From Arcobacteraceae bacterium (GTDB taxonomy: Bacteria; Campylobacterota; Campylobacteria; Campylobacterales; Arcobacteraceae), in NCBI GenBank assembly GCA_963662945.1, contig OY759974.1:64001-128000 (forward strand): a stretch of 64,000 nucleotides of DNA. The letters are read 5' to 3'. This document shows, one piece after another, positions 51,654 through 62,632 of the stretch. The translations under genes were made by a program, and so were the position numbers. The notes below the pieces were generated by a model, which was not told where the DNA came from, did not search any database, and saw nothing but the letters and a program-made list of their open reading frames with translations. The stretch's first letter is position 1. Each line of letters opens with the position of its first letter.

Positions 51654-54332
51654 TTATGGAGTAACTTCTTGTATATTAATTATGTTATAACTTGGATTAT
51701 CAATTGTACCATTTATAGATACAGGTATTGAAAACTGTCCTTTCTTATCTAAAAATAAAGAATTAAGGAAAGGAATCGTATTAACAATTTTTGCATAATC
51801 TTTTAGTGTTGAAACACGAAGTTGTCCATCAATTGAATTTTCTACAAAATTTAATTTCATTTCACCAGAAAAATCATTAATTTTACTATTTGTATTAATC
51901 TGATAAATATTTAAATATCTATTGAGATGATTATAATTAAACTTTACTAATCCATCTTCTATATAATATCCCCCTAGTTCAAAATTATTTTGGGTTAATC
52001 TATAAATTGTAGGTATCATTAAAAGAGGATTGATTAATGCTGGAGTTGAATTTAAAAACAATAATAAATTATCCACTAATTGCATCTGTACAATTGTTGT
52101 TTTATACAGTTTTACTTCTCCTTGATAATTATTAAATCCTCCCGTTAAAAATACTTCTAAATAGCCATCTTTTAAAACTTTTTTCCCAAAAATCAAATTA
52201 ATATAGTCTGCATCTACTTTTTTAGATTTTATTATTGTATTTCCACTAATTTTATCAATAGATACTGATGTTGAACCTTTTTGTAACTCTAAATGTAAAT
52301 TTTCTTTTTTTGTTTGTAAATTCAGTTTATCAAAGTAAAATTTAAAATTATTAAACTCTACAAAACTATTTTTCCAATATACATTTATATTATCATTATT
52401 AACTCTTTTTTCTTTGTCTTTTTGTAATACATTATAATACTCATCAAGACCAATAGAAATATGATCTAAGTTAATATTTGTATTCGCTTCCTTATCTTTA
52501 GTTAAAAGAAATTTACTTTGAGCTCCCAATCCAATAAAATCAAAATAATTTTGCAATGGCAATAACTTATTTACTAATACAGTTGTTATATTATCTGTAC
52601 TTTTTTTCAATTGAAAACCTATTTTTGGTATATTCATTACAATATCATTTTTATAATTTACTTTATACTGAAAATTATCTGTTTTTTCTTTACTGACATT
52701 TGATATTTGTATATTACCAACAATATTTTTATTCAATAAATCTACATCTGTTTTAATGTCTAAATTACAATATTTATTTTCTATAAAACTTTTTACATCT
52801 ATCTTATTATTTTGATATTTTATTTGAGCACTTTTAAGTCCTAAATCAATATTATTCACTAAAAAACTTGAACTTTTCATATCCGCATTGAGAACCATTT
52901 GACCTTCAAGATTATAATCTAAAAGTATATTTGCACCATTAAATTGTATAAAATTACTATTTATAGAAATATTTCCTATATTTCCCTTAAGTGTCTCATT
53001 AAAATATTGAATTTGAGCATTATTCAATTCAATATTTTTTTCAAATAAAGTTCCATCTAAACTATTTATAAAAATTTCTATATTCGTATCGTTTTTATAA
53101 TCTGATTTATAAGTTATTTTATTTGAATGTAACTTTACATCTTGTGTATTATAATGAAACTCTACATTCCCAGATGAACTTATATCCTGAAGATTAAATG
53201 TATCATTTATTTTTAATGAAAATGGCTTTTGGATATTTTGAAGATTTAAACTAGAATAAAATTTTTTATCAATATTTTTGTATTTTAACTTTGAAGTATC
53301 CACTGTAAACACTTCATCTTTTACTTTTAAAATACCTTTATTTATAATAATATCTGAAAAAAATTCGTCAGTAAAATCTATAGTAAAATTACCATTTGTA
53401 TTTTCTAGATCTATATTTTTAAAATGAAGATTTTTCGTACTAAAATTTCCATCTACAATATTTTTTTTAAAATCTATACCAAATTTAACATCAGAACTAT
53501 ACGCTAAACTAGTATTATCATCTTGTTCTTTATAAAGTCTACCAGAACCTTTTAAAATATTATTATCTAAAAAAATATTAAAGTTTTTAGTATATAAAGG
53601 AATATTATATAAATAAATTTTTGAATTTTCTAACAAAATGTTTGATTGTACTTGCAAGTCTTCTTTTATATCAAAAGGAATTAATAACTCAGTAGAAATA
53701 GTATTTTTACCTTCTTCTTGTGTAAGAGGAAGGTTAATTTTATAGTTACTCAAAAGTTCCAATAAAGGTTTTTTTAACTTATCATGAGAAGTTAGTTCTA
53801 ATTTTAATCGATCTAAATCAATAATTGTAGCTTTACTTCCTTCTAAATTAACGCCTTCATACATTGGATTTTTAAAACTAAAATAAAAATTATTATCTCT
53901 AAATGTTACAAAACAACTATCTGCAGTAATAAACTTCAAGTTATTATTAAATTGTAAAGCAAAATCATTAATATTTGTATCTTTAAGTATTGATTCAAGT
54001 GAAAAATCATTTAAGTCTAAAACAAATTTTCCAGAAGCTTTTAAATATGGATCAAATAAAACATATTCGTAAACATCTATAAAGTAATCACCAAAAAAGT
54101 TTTCAATAGAAAACTTTATTTTCATATCAACTGTTTTGGTATTTCCAAGATAACCTATTGCTATATTTCTAGTATCTATTATGAGTTTTTTATCATACTT
54201 TAAATACAAACCTTGTATATTAATGTTTTTAAAAGATATATTATCTATCTTAATTCCATTTAATAAAGAGATTACCAGCATCAAAAAGATTGAAATTAAA
54301 ATACCAAACATTATTAATATATTTTTGACCAT
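51654..54332 (-). CDS. AsmA-like / YhdP-DUF3971-type envelope protein
   Basis: N-terminal TM then GIKIDNISF..INIQGLYLKYDKKLI; beta-rich body; C-terminal IPFL...ISINGTIDNP-like AsmA end. Confidence 0.75.
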   Translation of the reverse strand: MVKNILIMFGILISIFLMLVISLLNGIKIDNISFKNINIQGLYLKYDKKLIIDTRNIAIGYLGNTKTVDMKIKFSIENFFGDYFIDVYEYVLFDPYLKASGKFVLDLNDFSLESILKDTNINDFALQFNNNLKFITADSCFVTFRDNNFYFSFKNPMYEGVNLEGSKATIIDLDRLKLELTSHDKLKKPLLELLSNYKINLPLTQEEGKNTISTELLIPFDIKEDLQVQSNILLENSKIYLYNIPLYTKNFNIFLDNNILKGSGRLYKEQDDNTSLAYSSDVKFGIDFKKNIVDGNFSTKNLHFKNIDLENTNGNFTIDFTDEFFSDIIINKGILKVKDEVFTVDTSKLKYKNIDKKFYSSLNLQNIQKPFSLKINDTFNLQDISSSGNVEFHYNTQDVKLHSNKITYKSDYKNDTNIEIFINSLDGTLFEKNIELNNAQIQYFNETLKGNIGNISINSNFIQFNGANILLDYNLEGQMVLNADMKSSSFLVNNIDLGLKSAQIKYQNNKIDVKSFIENKYCNLDIKTDVDLLNKNIVGNIQISNVSKEKTDNFQYKVNYKNDIVMNIPKIGFQLKKSTDNITTVLVNKLLPLQNYFDFIGLGAQSKFLLTKDKEANTNINLDHISIGLDEYYNVLQKDKEKRVNNDNINVYWKNSFVEFNNFKFYFDKLNLQTKKENLHLELQKGSTSVSIDKISGNTIIKSKKVDADYINLIFGKKVLKDGYLEVFLTGGFNNYQGEVKLYKTTIVQMQLVDNLLLFLNSTPALINPLLMIPTIYRLTQNNFELGGYYIEDGLVKFNYNHLNRYLNIYQINTNSKINDFSGEMKLNFVENSIDGQLRVSTLKDYAKIVNTIPFLNSLFLDKKGQFSIPVSINGTIDNPSYNIINIQEVTP

Positions 54333-55362
54333 TACTGATATTATCCTAGTTTTTTTTATAATTATATGTTTTTATATGACACTTGAAGTAAATACAAAAA
54401 GAGTTATATTCATACCTAAAGGCAGTACGAATTATATTGTAACATACTTAGATAAAAATAATTATGATATGAATATTCTAGATAAAATTACAATGAAACT
54501 CTTAGGGTATCCACAAAGTGGTTGGATTGATTTAAAAACAACAAACATGACGAAAATAGAATTTCTATACAGACTCACCACTTCAAAAGCAGCTTTAAAA
54601 AAAGTCACATTAATTCCTGGTGAAACCTATTATTTCTTTTTACAAGATTTAGCCCAAACATTAAACATATCTACTAGTAAACTTTTTGATGTATATGCAA
54701 AAAAAGCGTATAAACTAGATGGAAATATTATTGCAGACACTTATTATTTACCTATTGGGATGAATGAAGAGGAACTTATAGAGCATTTATTGGAAATTAC
54801 AGATAAAAAATATGAAAAATTAAGTAAAAAAATATTTGGGCTATACAATAGAGAAAAATGGTATCAATATGTAACAATAGCCTCAATTATACAAAAAGAA
54901 TCTGCTTCAAAAGAGGAGATGCATCTTATATCTAGTGTTATTCACAATCGTATTAATAAAGGTATGAGACTACAAATGGACGGTACCTTAAATTATGGAA
55001 AAAACTCACATATAACAATTACTCCTCAAATGATACAAAATGATAAAACACAATACAATACATATAAAAACAAAGGTATTCCTGATAATCCTATTTGTGC
55101 TATTGAATTTGAGGCTATTCGTTCAGCTATTTTTCCCACAAAAACTAATTATCTTTATTTTATGAAATCAACTAGAGGAGATAGTCATAATTTTTCCTCA
55201 ACATATAAAGGGCATATTGCAAACATTAAAACTGTTCAGAAATACAATAAAATTGGAAAAAAACAAGAAACTAATACCACTATACTAAAAGAATCTCCAA
55301 AAATAAAACAAACTGTTGAAAAATCCGTTTTTAAAAGGGATTTAAAAGAGTTGTGGAAATAG
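54223..55362 (+). CDS. mltG: endolytic transglycosylase MltG (start uncertain)
   Basis: IPKG, VTLIPGET, IASIIQKE, NR..KGMRLQMDGT, YNTYK.KGIP..PI, YLYF. Confidence 0.9.
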   Translation: MFLKDILSILIPFNKEITSIKKIEIKIPNIINIFLTITDIILVFFIIICFYMTLEVNTKRVIFIPKGSTNYIVTYLDKNNYDMNILDKITMKLLGYPQSGWIDLKTTNMTKIEFLYRLTTSKAALKKVTLIPGETYYFFLQDLAQTLNISTSKLFDVYAKKAYKLDGNIIADTYYLPIGMNEEELIEHLLEITDKKYEKLSKKIFGLYNREKWYQYVTIASIIQKESASKEEMHLISSVIHNRINKGMRLQMDGTLNYGKNSHITITPQMIQNDKTQYNTYKNKGIPDNPICAIEFEAIRSAIFPTKTNYLYFMKSTRGDSHNFSSTYKGHIANIKTVQKYNKIGKKQETNTTILKESPKIKQTVEKSVFKRDLKELWK

Positions 55363-55535
55363 TAATTCAGTATTGTTTTTTATTACAATTTGTAACACTC
55401 TTATTTATTATAGAAATATATGTGTATTTTAGTAACATAAATTTAATTTAAATCTTCTAAAAATTCATTTATTAAATATGATACAACAAACTCTTGTTAC
55501 ACTTCGTATACAATAAAATATTAAAAGGAACACAT

Positions 55536-57710
55536 ATGTCAAAAATTATATGGTCTAAAATTGATGAAGCACCAGCTTTAGCAACTTACTCATTATTACC
55601 AATTGTAAATGCTTTTACAAAACCTGCAGGTGTTGAAGTAGTAACTTCAGATATTTCACTTGCTGGTAGAACTTTAGCTGCAATGGGTCTTGCAGAGGAT
55701 GAATTATCAAAATTAGGTGAATTAGTTTTAAAACCTGAAGCAAATATTATAAAATTACCAAATGTATCAGCTTCTGTAGGACAATTAAAAGATTGTATTG
55801 CTGAGCTTCAAGGTCAAGGTTATGATATTCCTGATTTCCCTGAAAATCCTTCAAGTGCTGAAGAAGAAGCTATTAGAGCTAAATACAACACATGTTTAGG
55901 TTCTGCTGTTAATCCAGTTCTTAGAGAAGGTAACTCAGATAGAAGAGCTGCAGCTGCAGTTAAAAAATTTGCACAAAATAATCCACATAAATTAAGAGCT
56001 TATTCAGAGAACTCTAAATCATATGTTTCTCATATGGCTGGAAATGGTGATTTTTATGGTAATGAAAAATCAGTTACTATGAATAAAGACCAAAAAGTTA
56101 CTATTGCTTTAAATGGGAAAGAATTAGCAACAATTAAAGCTTTAGACAAAGAGATTTTAGATGGTACTTATATGTCTGTGAAAGCTTTAAGAGCATTTAT
56201 TCAAAAAACAATTGATGAAGCAAAAGCAAATGATGTTTTATGGTCAATTCACTTAAAAGCAACTATGATGAAAATTTCTGATCCAATTATGTTTGGTCAT
56301 GCTTTAGAAGTGTTCTTTGCACCAGTATTTGAAAAGTTTGCCACAGAATTTAAAGAATTAAAAGTAAATGCAAACCTTGGTATTTCAGATATCGAGAAAA
56401 AAATAAAAGGTCATGCAAAAGAAGCTGAAATCAAAGCTGCATTCCAAGCTGTTGTAAATGCAGATTCTCCAAAAATTGCAATGGTTGATTCTGATAAAGG
56501 AACTACAAACTTCAACGCTTCAAATGATGTTATTATCGATGCATCTATGCCAGTTGTTGTTAGAGAAGGTGGAAAACAATGGGATAGAAATGGTGATGCT
56601 ATAGAATGTGTTGCTGTTATTCCTGATTCAACATATGGTATGTTCCATGCTGAAATGGTTGCTGATTGTGTTGCAAATGGTCAATTCGATGTAACAACAA
56701 TGGGTAATGTTGCAAATGTTGGTCTAATGGCTCAAAAAGCTGAAGAATATGGTTCACATCCTACTACATTTGAATTAGCAGAAGCTGGTACTGTAACTGT
56801 AACTGCTGAAGATGGAACTGTTTTAATGTCTTTTGAATGTGAAGCTGGTGATATTTGGAGAATGTCTAGAGCTAAAGATATTCCAATCAAAGACTGGGTT
56901 AGACTTGCAGTTGAAAGAGCAAGACTAACAGGGAGTCCAACAATATTCTGGCTAGATGCAAATAGAGCTCACGATGCAGAAATGATCAAAAAAGTAAATG
57001 AGTACTTAAAAGATCACGATACAAGTGGATTAGATATTCAAATTATGGATGTTACAGCTGCAACAAAATACACTAATGCTAGAGTAAGAAAAGGTCTAGA
57101 TACTATTTCTGTTACAGGTAATGTTTTAAGAGACCACTTAACAGATATGTACCCAATCTTAGAGCTTGGAACTTCTGCAAAAATGTTATCAATCGTTCCA
57201 TTATTAGCTGGTGGAGGATTATATGAAACTGGTGCTGGTGGTTCTGCTCCTAAACACGTTGACCAATTCCTTGCAGAAGGTCACTTAAGATGGGATTCAT
57301 TAGGTGAGTTCTTAGCACTTGCGGAATCTCTAAGATTTATTGCACAAAAAGAAAGTTCAGCTGATTTAGAAACAGTTACTGCTGCTCTTGATGTTGCAAA
57401 TGATAGATACCTTGGTGAGAATAAAGCTCCTGGAAGAAAAGCTGGTGAACCAGATAATAAAGCTTCTCATTTTTATGTAGCACAATTCTGGGCAAAAGCA
57501 CTTGCTGAATCAGACAATGCAAAATTAGCTGCTAAATTTGCTCCTGTAGCTGCTGCATTAACTGAAAATGAAGCAAAAATCATAGAAGAGTTAATGGCTG
57601 TTGAAGGTAAAGCACAAGATATCGGTGGATACTATCACCCAGATGATGCAAAAGCTGAAGCTGCTATGAGACCATCTGCTACATTAAATGCTATAATAGA
57701 TAGTATATAA
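55536..57710 (+). CDS. icd: monomeric NADP-dependent isocitrate dehydrogenase
   Basis: DEAPALATYS, IIKLPNVSAS, SAVNPVLREGNSDRR, TGNVLRD, ETGAGGSAPKH; ATG at 55536 after AAGGA. Confidence 0.97.
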   Translation: MSKIIWSKIDEAPALATYSLLPIVNAFTKPAGVEVVTSDISLAGRTLAAMGLAEDELSKLGELVLKPEANIIKLPNVSASVGQLKDCIAELQGQGYDIPDFPENPSSAEEEAIRAKYNTCLGSAVNPVLREGNSDRRAAAAVKKFAQNNPHKLRAYSENSKSYVSHMAGNGDFYGNEKSVTMNKDQKVTIALNGKELATIKALDKEILDGTYMSVKALRAFIQKTIDEAKANDVLWSIHLKATMMKISDPIMFGHALEVFFAPVFEKFATEFKELKVNANLGISDIEKKIKGHAKEAEIKAAFQAVVNADSPKIAMVDSDKGTTNFNASNDVIIDASMPVVVREGGKQWDRNGDAIECVAVIPDSTYGMFHAEMVADCVANGQFDVTTMGNVANVGLMAQKAEEYGSHPTTFELAEAGTVTVTAEDGTVLMSFECEAGDIWRMSRAKDIPIKDWVRLAVERARLTGSPTIFWLDANRAHDAEMIKKVNEYLKDHDTSGLDIQIMDVTAATKYTNARVRKGLDTISVTGNVLRDHLTDMYPILELGTSAKMLSIVPLLAGGGLYETGAGGSAPKHVDQFLAEGHLRWDSLGEFLALAESLRFIAQKESSADLETVTAALDVANDRYLGENKAPGRKAGEPDNKASHFYVAQFWAKALAESDNAKLAAKFAPVAAALTENEAKIIEELMAVEGKAQDIGGYYHPDDAKAEAAMRPSATLNAIIDSI

Positions 57711-57765
57711 TTGTTTCAGAAAATGTAATATTTTATTACATCTTGTAACTTAACGGTGATTTTAG

Positions 57766-57797
57766 TTAAAGATTGAGGCTTCTGTCTCAATCTTTAA
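57766..57797 (+). terminator. hairpin downstream of icd
   Basis: ttaaagattgagg-cttctg-tctcaatctttaa. Confidence 0.65.
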
Positions 57798-57917
57798 TCG
57801 TTTATAGAATATAATAATTAAATTAAAATCGTACTATTTTGTAAGTTCTAAGTATTAAGTTGTTTGAACATAATACTTAGTACTTAACGTTTAGTACTTA
57901 ATATAAAAGGAGACTAT

Positions 57918-58868
57918 ATGGTTGGAAAAAGAGTTGCTATTGTTGGTGTTGGAAATGTTGGTTCTAGTGTAGCCTATAGTTTGGCTATGACTGGTGCATG
58001 TCATGAAATCATTTTACGAGCAAATAATGTTGATAGAGCAAAAGGTAAAGCTTTAGATTTATCTCAAGCTGCTCAAGCAGCAAGAAAACATACAGTTATT
58101 ACAGTTGCTGAAACTTTAGAAGATGTAAAAGATTGTGCAGTAATAGTTATCACTGCTGGTAGTCCTAGATTACCTGGTATGAGCAGAGATGATTTACTTA
58201 TTAAAAATGCACAAATCATGAGAAATGTTATGAAATCATTAAAGAAGACATCTCCTGATGCTATTATCATCCCTGTATCGAATCCTCTTGATGCAATGGT
58301 ATATGTTGCACTCAAAGAATCAGGTTGGCCAAGAAACAGAGTTTTAGGAATGGCAGGTATTTTAGATAGTGCGAGAATGGCTCACTTTGTATATGAAAAA
58401 CTAGGATATGGTGCTGGACAAATTAGATGTTCTGTTATGGGTGGTCATGGTGATGATATGGTTCCACTTCCAAGATTCTCAACAGTTGCTGGGGTTCCAT
58501 TAACAGATCTTTTAACTTGGGAAGAGATAAATGAGATCATAGAAAAAACAAAAAATGGTGGAGCTGAAATTGTAAGTTTACTAAAAGATGGTAGTGCATA
58601 TTATGCACCAGCAAAAGCTACTGCTATAATGGTAGAAGCTGTTTTAAGTAATACTAAACAAATTTACCCATGTGCTGTTATGCTTGATGGTGAGTATGGA
58701 TATAAAGATGTTGTAAGTGGTGTACCTGTTATGATTGGTGCTAATGGTGCTGAAAAAGTTATTGAAGCAAACTTAAATGATGACCAAGATAGAAAATTTG
58801 CTAAATCTGTAGGAAGTGTAAAACAACTTATAGATGCACTTTACACAAATAAGTTTTACGAAAACTAA
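57918..58868 (+). CDS. mdh: malate dehydrogenase (LDH-like)
   Basis: GVGNVG, TAGSPRLPGMSRDDL, SNPLD, GGHGD, SAYYAP. Confidence 0.95.
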   Translation: MVGKRVAIVGVGNVGSSVAYSLAMTGACHEIILRANNVDRAKGKALDLSQAAQAARKHTVITVAETLEDVKDCAVIVITAGSPRLPGMSRDDLLIKNAQIMRNVMKSLKKTSPDAIIIPVSNPLDAMVYVALKESGWPRNRVLGMAGILDSARMAHFVYEKLGYGAGQIRCSVMGGHGDDMVPLPRFSTVAGVPLTDLLTWEEINEIIEKTKNGGAEIVSLLKDGSAYYAPAKATAIMVEAVLSNTKQIYPCAVMLDGEYGYKDVVSGVPVMIGANGAEKVIEANLNDDQDRKFAKSVGSVKQLIDALYTNKFYEN

Positions 58869-58876
58869 ATCTAAAC

Positions 58877-58913
58877 GATATTGATTTAATTTTTATCAAA
58901 TTAAATCAATATC
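58877..58913. terminator. bidirectional terminator-like hairpin between mdh and ftsK
   Basis: 16-bp perfect stem gatattgatttaattt/aaattaaatcaatatc overlapping the ftsK stop. Confidence 0.7.
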
Positions 58914-61159
58914 TCCCTATTCCCTTTTGCATTCGCCTCAGATAAAACTCCAGTTTGTTCTAACTGTTCAATAATTGTTGCTGATCTATTGTAACCAATT
59001 TTTAATCTTCTTTGTAAATAGCTAATTGAACTTTTTTTATCTTGAAGAACAACCATTTTTGCTTCTTCATACAGTTCATCTAGTTCACCAGGATTTGTTA
59101 TCGAAGAAGTTGAACTAAATCCATCTTCAGCTTTTTCTTTTAAAAAGCTCACATCATATTCAACTTCTCTTTGATCTTTTAAGAACTCTACAACTTGCTC
59201 AATCTCTTTCTCATCACTCCAAGGTGCATGAATACGAACTAATCCACTCATCCCAGGAGGTGTAAAAAGCATATCCCCTTTTCCAAGTAATGACTCTGCA
59301 CCCATAGAGTCTAAAATAATTTTACTATCAACTTTTTGCCCTACTTTATAACTAATTCTACTTGGTAGATTTGCTTTAATAAGACCAGTTACAACATCCA
59401 CAGATGGTCTTTGCGTTGCAACAACCAAGTGAATACCACTCGCTCTTGCCATCTGAGCAAGTCTTGCAATTGAAAGTTCAACCTCTTTTCCACTTGTCAT
59501 CATAAGGTCTGCTAACTCATCTATGATAATAACAATATATGGAAACTCTGCATAACCATTTTTACTTGCTTTTTCATTATAATTTTCTATATTCTTTGTA
59601 CGAGTATCTGCCATCATTGCATATCTTCGTTCCATCTCTGCAACCATATTAGCTAAAGCATTAATAGCTTCCATAGGCTTTGTTATAACTGGTGTTAAAA
59701 GATGAGGGATATCATTATATATTGAAAACTCCAACATCTTTGGATCTATCATAATAAGTTTTAGGGTATCTGGCGAATTTTTATACAATAAAGATAAAAT
59801 CATCGCATTTAAACCAACACTTTTACCACTTCCTGTAGTTCCAGCAATAAGTAAATGAGGTAGTTTTTTTAAATCAGTAATAAAAGGATTTCCAACAATA
59901 TCTTTCCCTAAAATCATTGTTAATGGTGAAGATGTTTTTTGGAATAAATCACTTTCAAGTATTTCTCTTATATATATTGTTTCTGTTTCATCATTTGGAA
60001 CCTCAATTCCAACAACATCTTTACCAGGTATTGGTGCTTGTATTCTAATAGTTGTAGCTTTTAAAGCCATTGCCAAATCATCTTGAAGATTTAATATTTT
60101 AGACACTTTTACATTTGGTGCTGGTTTAAATTCAAAGGTTGTTACAATAGGTCCCGTATATGTTCTAACAACATCACCCTCTATTTTAAACATACTTAAT
60201 TTTTCTAATAAGTCCTGAATTTTTCTATCAATAGCTGCTTCATTTATCTTAGCTTTTGCTTCTTTTTTTGGTTTGAAAAAAATATCAGTTGGTGGTAATT
60301 TAAAATCTTTTGGTTTAATAGTTTCACCTACTTCAATATCTTCAAGTAATTTTTTATTTTCTTCTAATTCTTCTACTAATATAGTGCTTGTATGTTTTTC
60401 TTCTTTTCTTCTTTGAGATTCATCTATAATATCTTCTAATGTAGGTAGTTTCTCTTCAATCTCTTCAACTACTATAGGATTAGGAATATTTAAAAATTCC
60501 GTTTCTTCCTCTTTATTATTAAATTCAACTTGTTCCATTTTCTGAAACTGTGGAGTAGTATATGAATCTTCTTCAATACTTATTTCTGCTGTATCACCTA
60601 CTTCTTTAACTACAACTTTTTGTTCATGATGTTCATGTGCTCTTTGCATCTTTTGTGGAAGTTTTTTAATTCTTTTTGTAGGATATGTTATTTTAAAAAA
60701 TTCAAAAAAAGAATTTTTGAAATTTACAAATTTTTCATGAATAACATCAGAACTTGATTCAAATAAAACAAATAGTGAAACAAACATTCCGATTAAGAAT
60801 ATTATCCAAAGTCCTGCTAATCCAATAAATGGAGACAAATAATGCACAACAAAATTTCCAATTTTTCCAGACATTGCACCAACTATTACAAGAGACTGTA
60901 ATACTATAATTGATATACTTAAGATAGTTATTGCTATTGTTTTAGATATTGGATTTTCTACATAAGAAAAATTAAATTTATACAACGGATATAATAAAAT
61001 TGGCAAATAAATATATGCTAAATATCCTAAATATTCTTTTGAATAAGTCGAAACTAAAAAGCCAACTTTCCCAACACTATTTGTATCAGATACAAAAATA
61101 GCGTATGAAAAAAATATGAGAACAAATGCAATTATTATAGATATTATTTTAGAAGCTAT
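58901..61159 (-). CDS. ftsK: DNA translocase FtsK
   Basis: IAGTTGSGKS, IDPKMLE, IIDELAD, ATQRPS, gamma domain LQRRLKIGYNR. The frame stays open with TM character upstream of the TTG at 61006, up to ATA at 61159. Confidence 0.95.
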   Translation of the reverse strand: MASKIISIIIAFVLIFFSYAIFVSDTNSVGKVGFLVSTYSKEYLGYLAYIYLPILLYPLYKFNFSYVENPISKTIAITILSISIIVLQSLVIVGAMSGKIGNFVVHYLSPFIGLAGLWIIFLIGMFVSLFVLFESSSDVIHEKFVNFKNSFFEFFKITYPTKRIKKLPQKMQRAHEHHEQKVVVKEVGDTAEISIEEDSYTTPQFQKMEQVEFNNKEEETEFLNIPNPIVVEEIEEKLPTLEDIIDESQRRKEEKHTSTILVEELEENKKLLEDIEVGETIKPKDFKLPPTDIFFKPKKEAKAKINEAAIDRKIQDLLEKLSMFKIEGDVVRTYTGPIVTTFEFKPAPNVKVSKILNLQDDLAMALKATTIRIQAPIPGKDVVGIEVPNDETETIYIREILESDLFQKTSSPLTMILGKDIVGNPFITDLKKLPHLLIAGTTGSGKSVGLNAMILSLLYKNSPDTLKLIMIDPKMLEFSIYNDIPHLLTPVITKPMEAINALANMVAEMERRYAMMADTRTKNIENYNEKASKNGYAEFPYIVIIIDELADLMMTSGKEVELSIARLAQMARASGIHLVVATQRPSVDVVTGLIKANLPSRISYKVGQKVDSKIILDSMGAESLLGKGDMLFTPPGMSGLVRIHAPWSDEKEIEQVVEFLKDQREVEYDVSFLKEKAEDGFSSTSSITNPGELDELYEEAKMVVLQDKKSSISYLQRRLKIGYNRSATIIEQLEQTGVLSEANAKGNREILI

Positions 61160-61162
61160 AAT

Positions 61163-62116
61163 TTATCCTTTTAGTAATTTTTGGATTTTACTTTGTAATT
61201 TTAACCAGATTCTATGTTCCATTAAAGGAAAACCAGCCCACTGTTTTTTAGGCTCTTTAATAGACTTTGTAACGCCACCACGTGCAGCGATTGTCGTAAA
61301 TGGTGCAATTTCTAGATGACCTGATGTGCCACTTTGTCCACCCATTATAACATATTGATTTAACTTCGTTGACCCAGAAAGTCCTACTTGTCCAACTATT
61401 ATTGAACCTTTTCCTATTATACAGTTATGGGCAATATGTACAAGATTATCAATTCTAACACCATCTTCAATTTTTGTTGCATTAAAAGCTGCTCTATCTA
61501 TAGATGTATTTGAACCTATTTCAACATCATTCCCAATGATAACATTACCATTTTGATATATTTTAATATATTTTCCATCTTTAGTATGTGCAAAACCAAA
61601 TCCATCACTACCAATTACTGTACCTGAATGTATAATACAATGACTTCCAATAACACAGTCTCTATAAACAGTCGTATTTGGATAAATTATTGTATTTGTA
61701 CCTATTGATACATTATCCCCAATAAATGCCCCTGCCATAATAGTACAATTATTGCCTATAATAGTATTTTTACCTATAAATACATTTTCCATTATAGTAC
61801 AATTTTGACCAATAACAGGTTCTTGACCTTCTATTTCTAAAACTTTAGGAGCAAAAAATGCACTAGCATATGCTAAACTTAAATATGGTTCATCAGTAAC
61901 TAAAGCAATGGTCTCTTTAGGAACCATATCAATTAAATCTCGTGTAACAAAAACTGCTGCTGCTTGTGTGTTTTTTAAATCATCTTGATATTTTTTATTT
62001 TCTAAAAAAGATATTTCATTTTTATTAGCATCTTTTAATGTATTTAAACCAGATACTTTTATATCAACTTCACAATTTATATTAAGACTTTTACAAATAT
62101 CTTTTAAATTTAACAC
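61163..62116 (-). CDS. lpxD: UDP-3-O-(3-hydroxyacyl)glucosamine N-acyltransferase
   Basis: Hexapeptide repeats, [20 protein letters not shown]. Confidence 0.96.
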   Translation of the reverse strand: MLNLKDICKSLNINCEVDIKVSGLNTLKDANKNEISFLENKKYQDDLKNTQAAAVFVTRDLIDMVPKETIALVTDEPYLSLAYASAFFAPKVLEIEGQEPVIGQNCTIMENVFIGKNTIIGNNCTIMAGAFIGDNVSIGTNTIIYPNTTVYRDCVIGSHCIIHSGTVIGSDGFGFAHTKDGKYIKIYQNGNVIIGNDVEIGSNTSIDRAAFNATKIEDGVRIDNLVHIAHNCIIGKGSIIVGQVGLSGSTKLNQYVIMGGQSGTSGHLEIAPFTTIAARGGVTKSIKEPKKQWAGFPLMEHRIWLKLQSKIQKLLKG

Positions 62117-62134
62117 TTACAAATTCCCTTAACT

Positions 62135-62632
62135 TTATCTTTCCATTGCCACAACACCACTTCTTACAATTTCAAGTGGTTTATATTTTGCCATTATATT
62201 TACAAAATTTTCTATTCTATGTGGTTCATCTGTTGCTGAAATCACAACAGCATCATGAGTAACATTTTGTATAGCACCATTATATGCTCTTGCTATCACA
62301 TCAATATCACTTAAATTTTCCTCAATTGGAATTTTAATTAGAACTGTATCTTTTTCAATAGCATCTTTATGCTCAATAACTTTTAATACTGGCACCAGTT
62401 TATTTAATTGTTTTACAATTTGATCAATAACTCTAGCAACACCTACAGTGATAATTGTAATTCTAGAATATTCGCTATTTGGTATTGGAGCAACTGTAAG
62501 AGAATCTATATTATAACCACGTGCAGAAAAAAGGTCAACAATTCTACTTAATACTGATTCTCTATTTATTACGATTACGGAAAGAACTTCTCTTTTTTCT
62601 TCTTTGCTATAAAAATCTTTAAAGTTATTCAT
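62135..62632 (-). CDS. ilvH: acetolactate synthase small subunit
   Basis: VLSRIVDLFSARGYNIDSLTV, KQLNKLVPV, EIVRSG. Confidence 0.93.
   Translation of the reverse strand: MNNFKDFYSKEEKREVLSVIVINRESVLSRIVDLFSARGYNIDSLTVAPIPNSEYSRITIITVGVARVIDQIVKQLNKLVPVLKVIEHKDAIEKDTVLIKIPIEENLSDIDVIARAYNGAIQNVTHDAVVISATDEPHRIENFVNIMAKYKPLEIVRSGVVAMER

Noticed and set aside
615-61319. Short antisense or alternate-frame ORFs in the track (e.g. 615-797, 2610-2843, 7432-7767, 18862-19221, 31793-31978, 39487-39789, 61116-61319)
   Set aside because: They lie on top of well-supported genes and show no recognisable motifs; treated as shadow ORFs.
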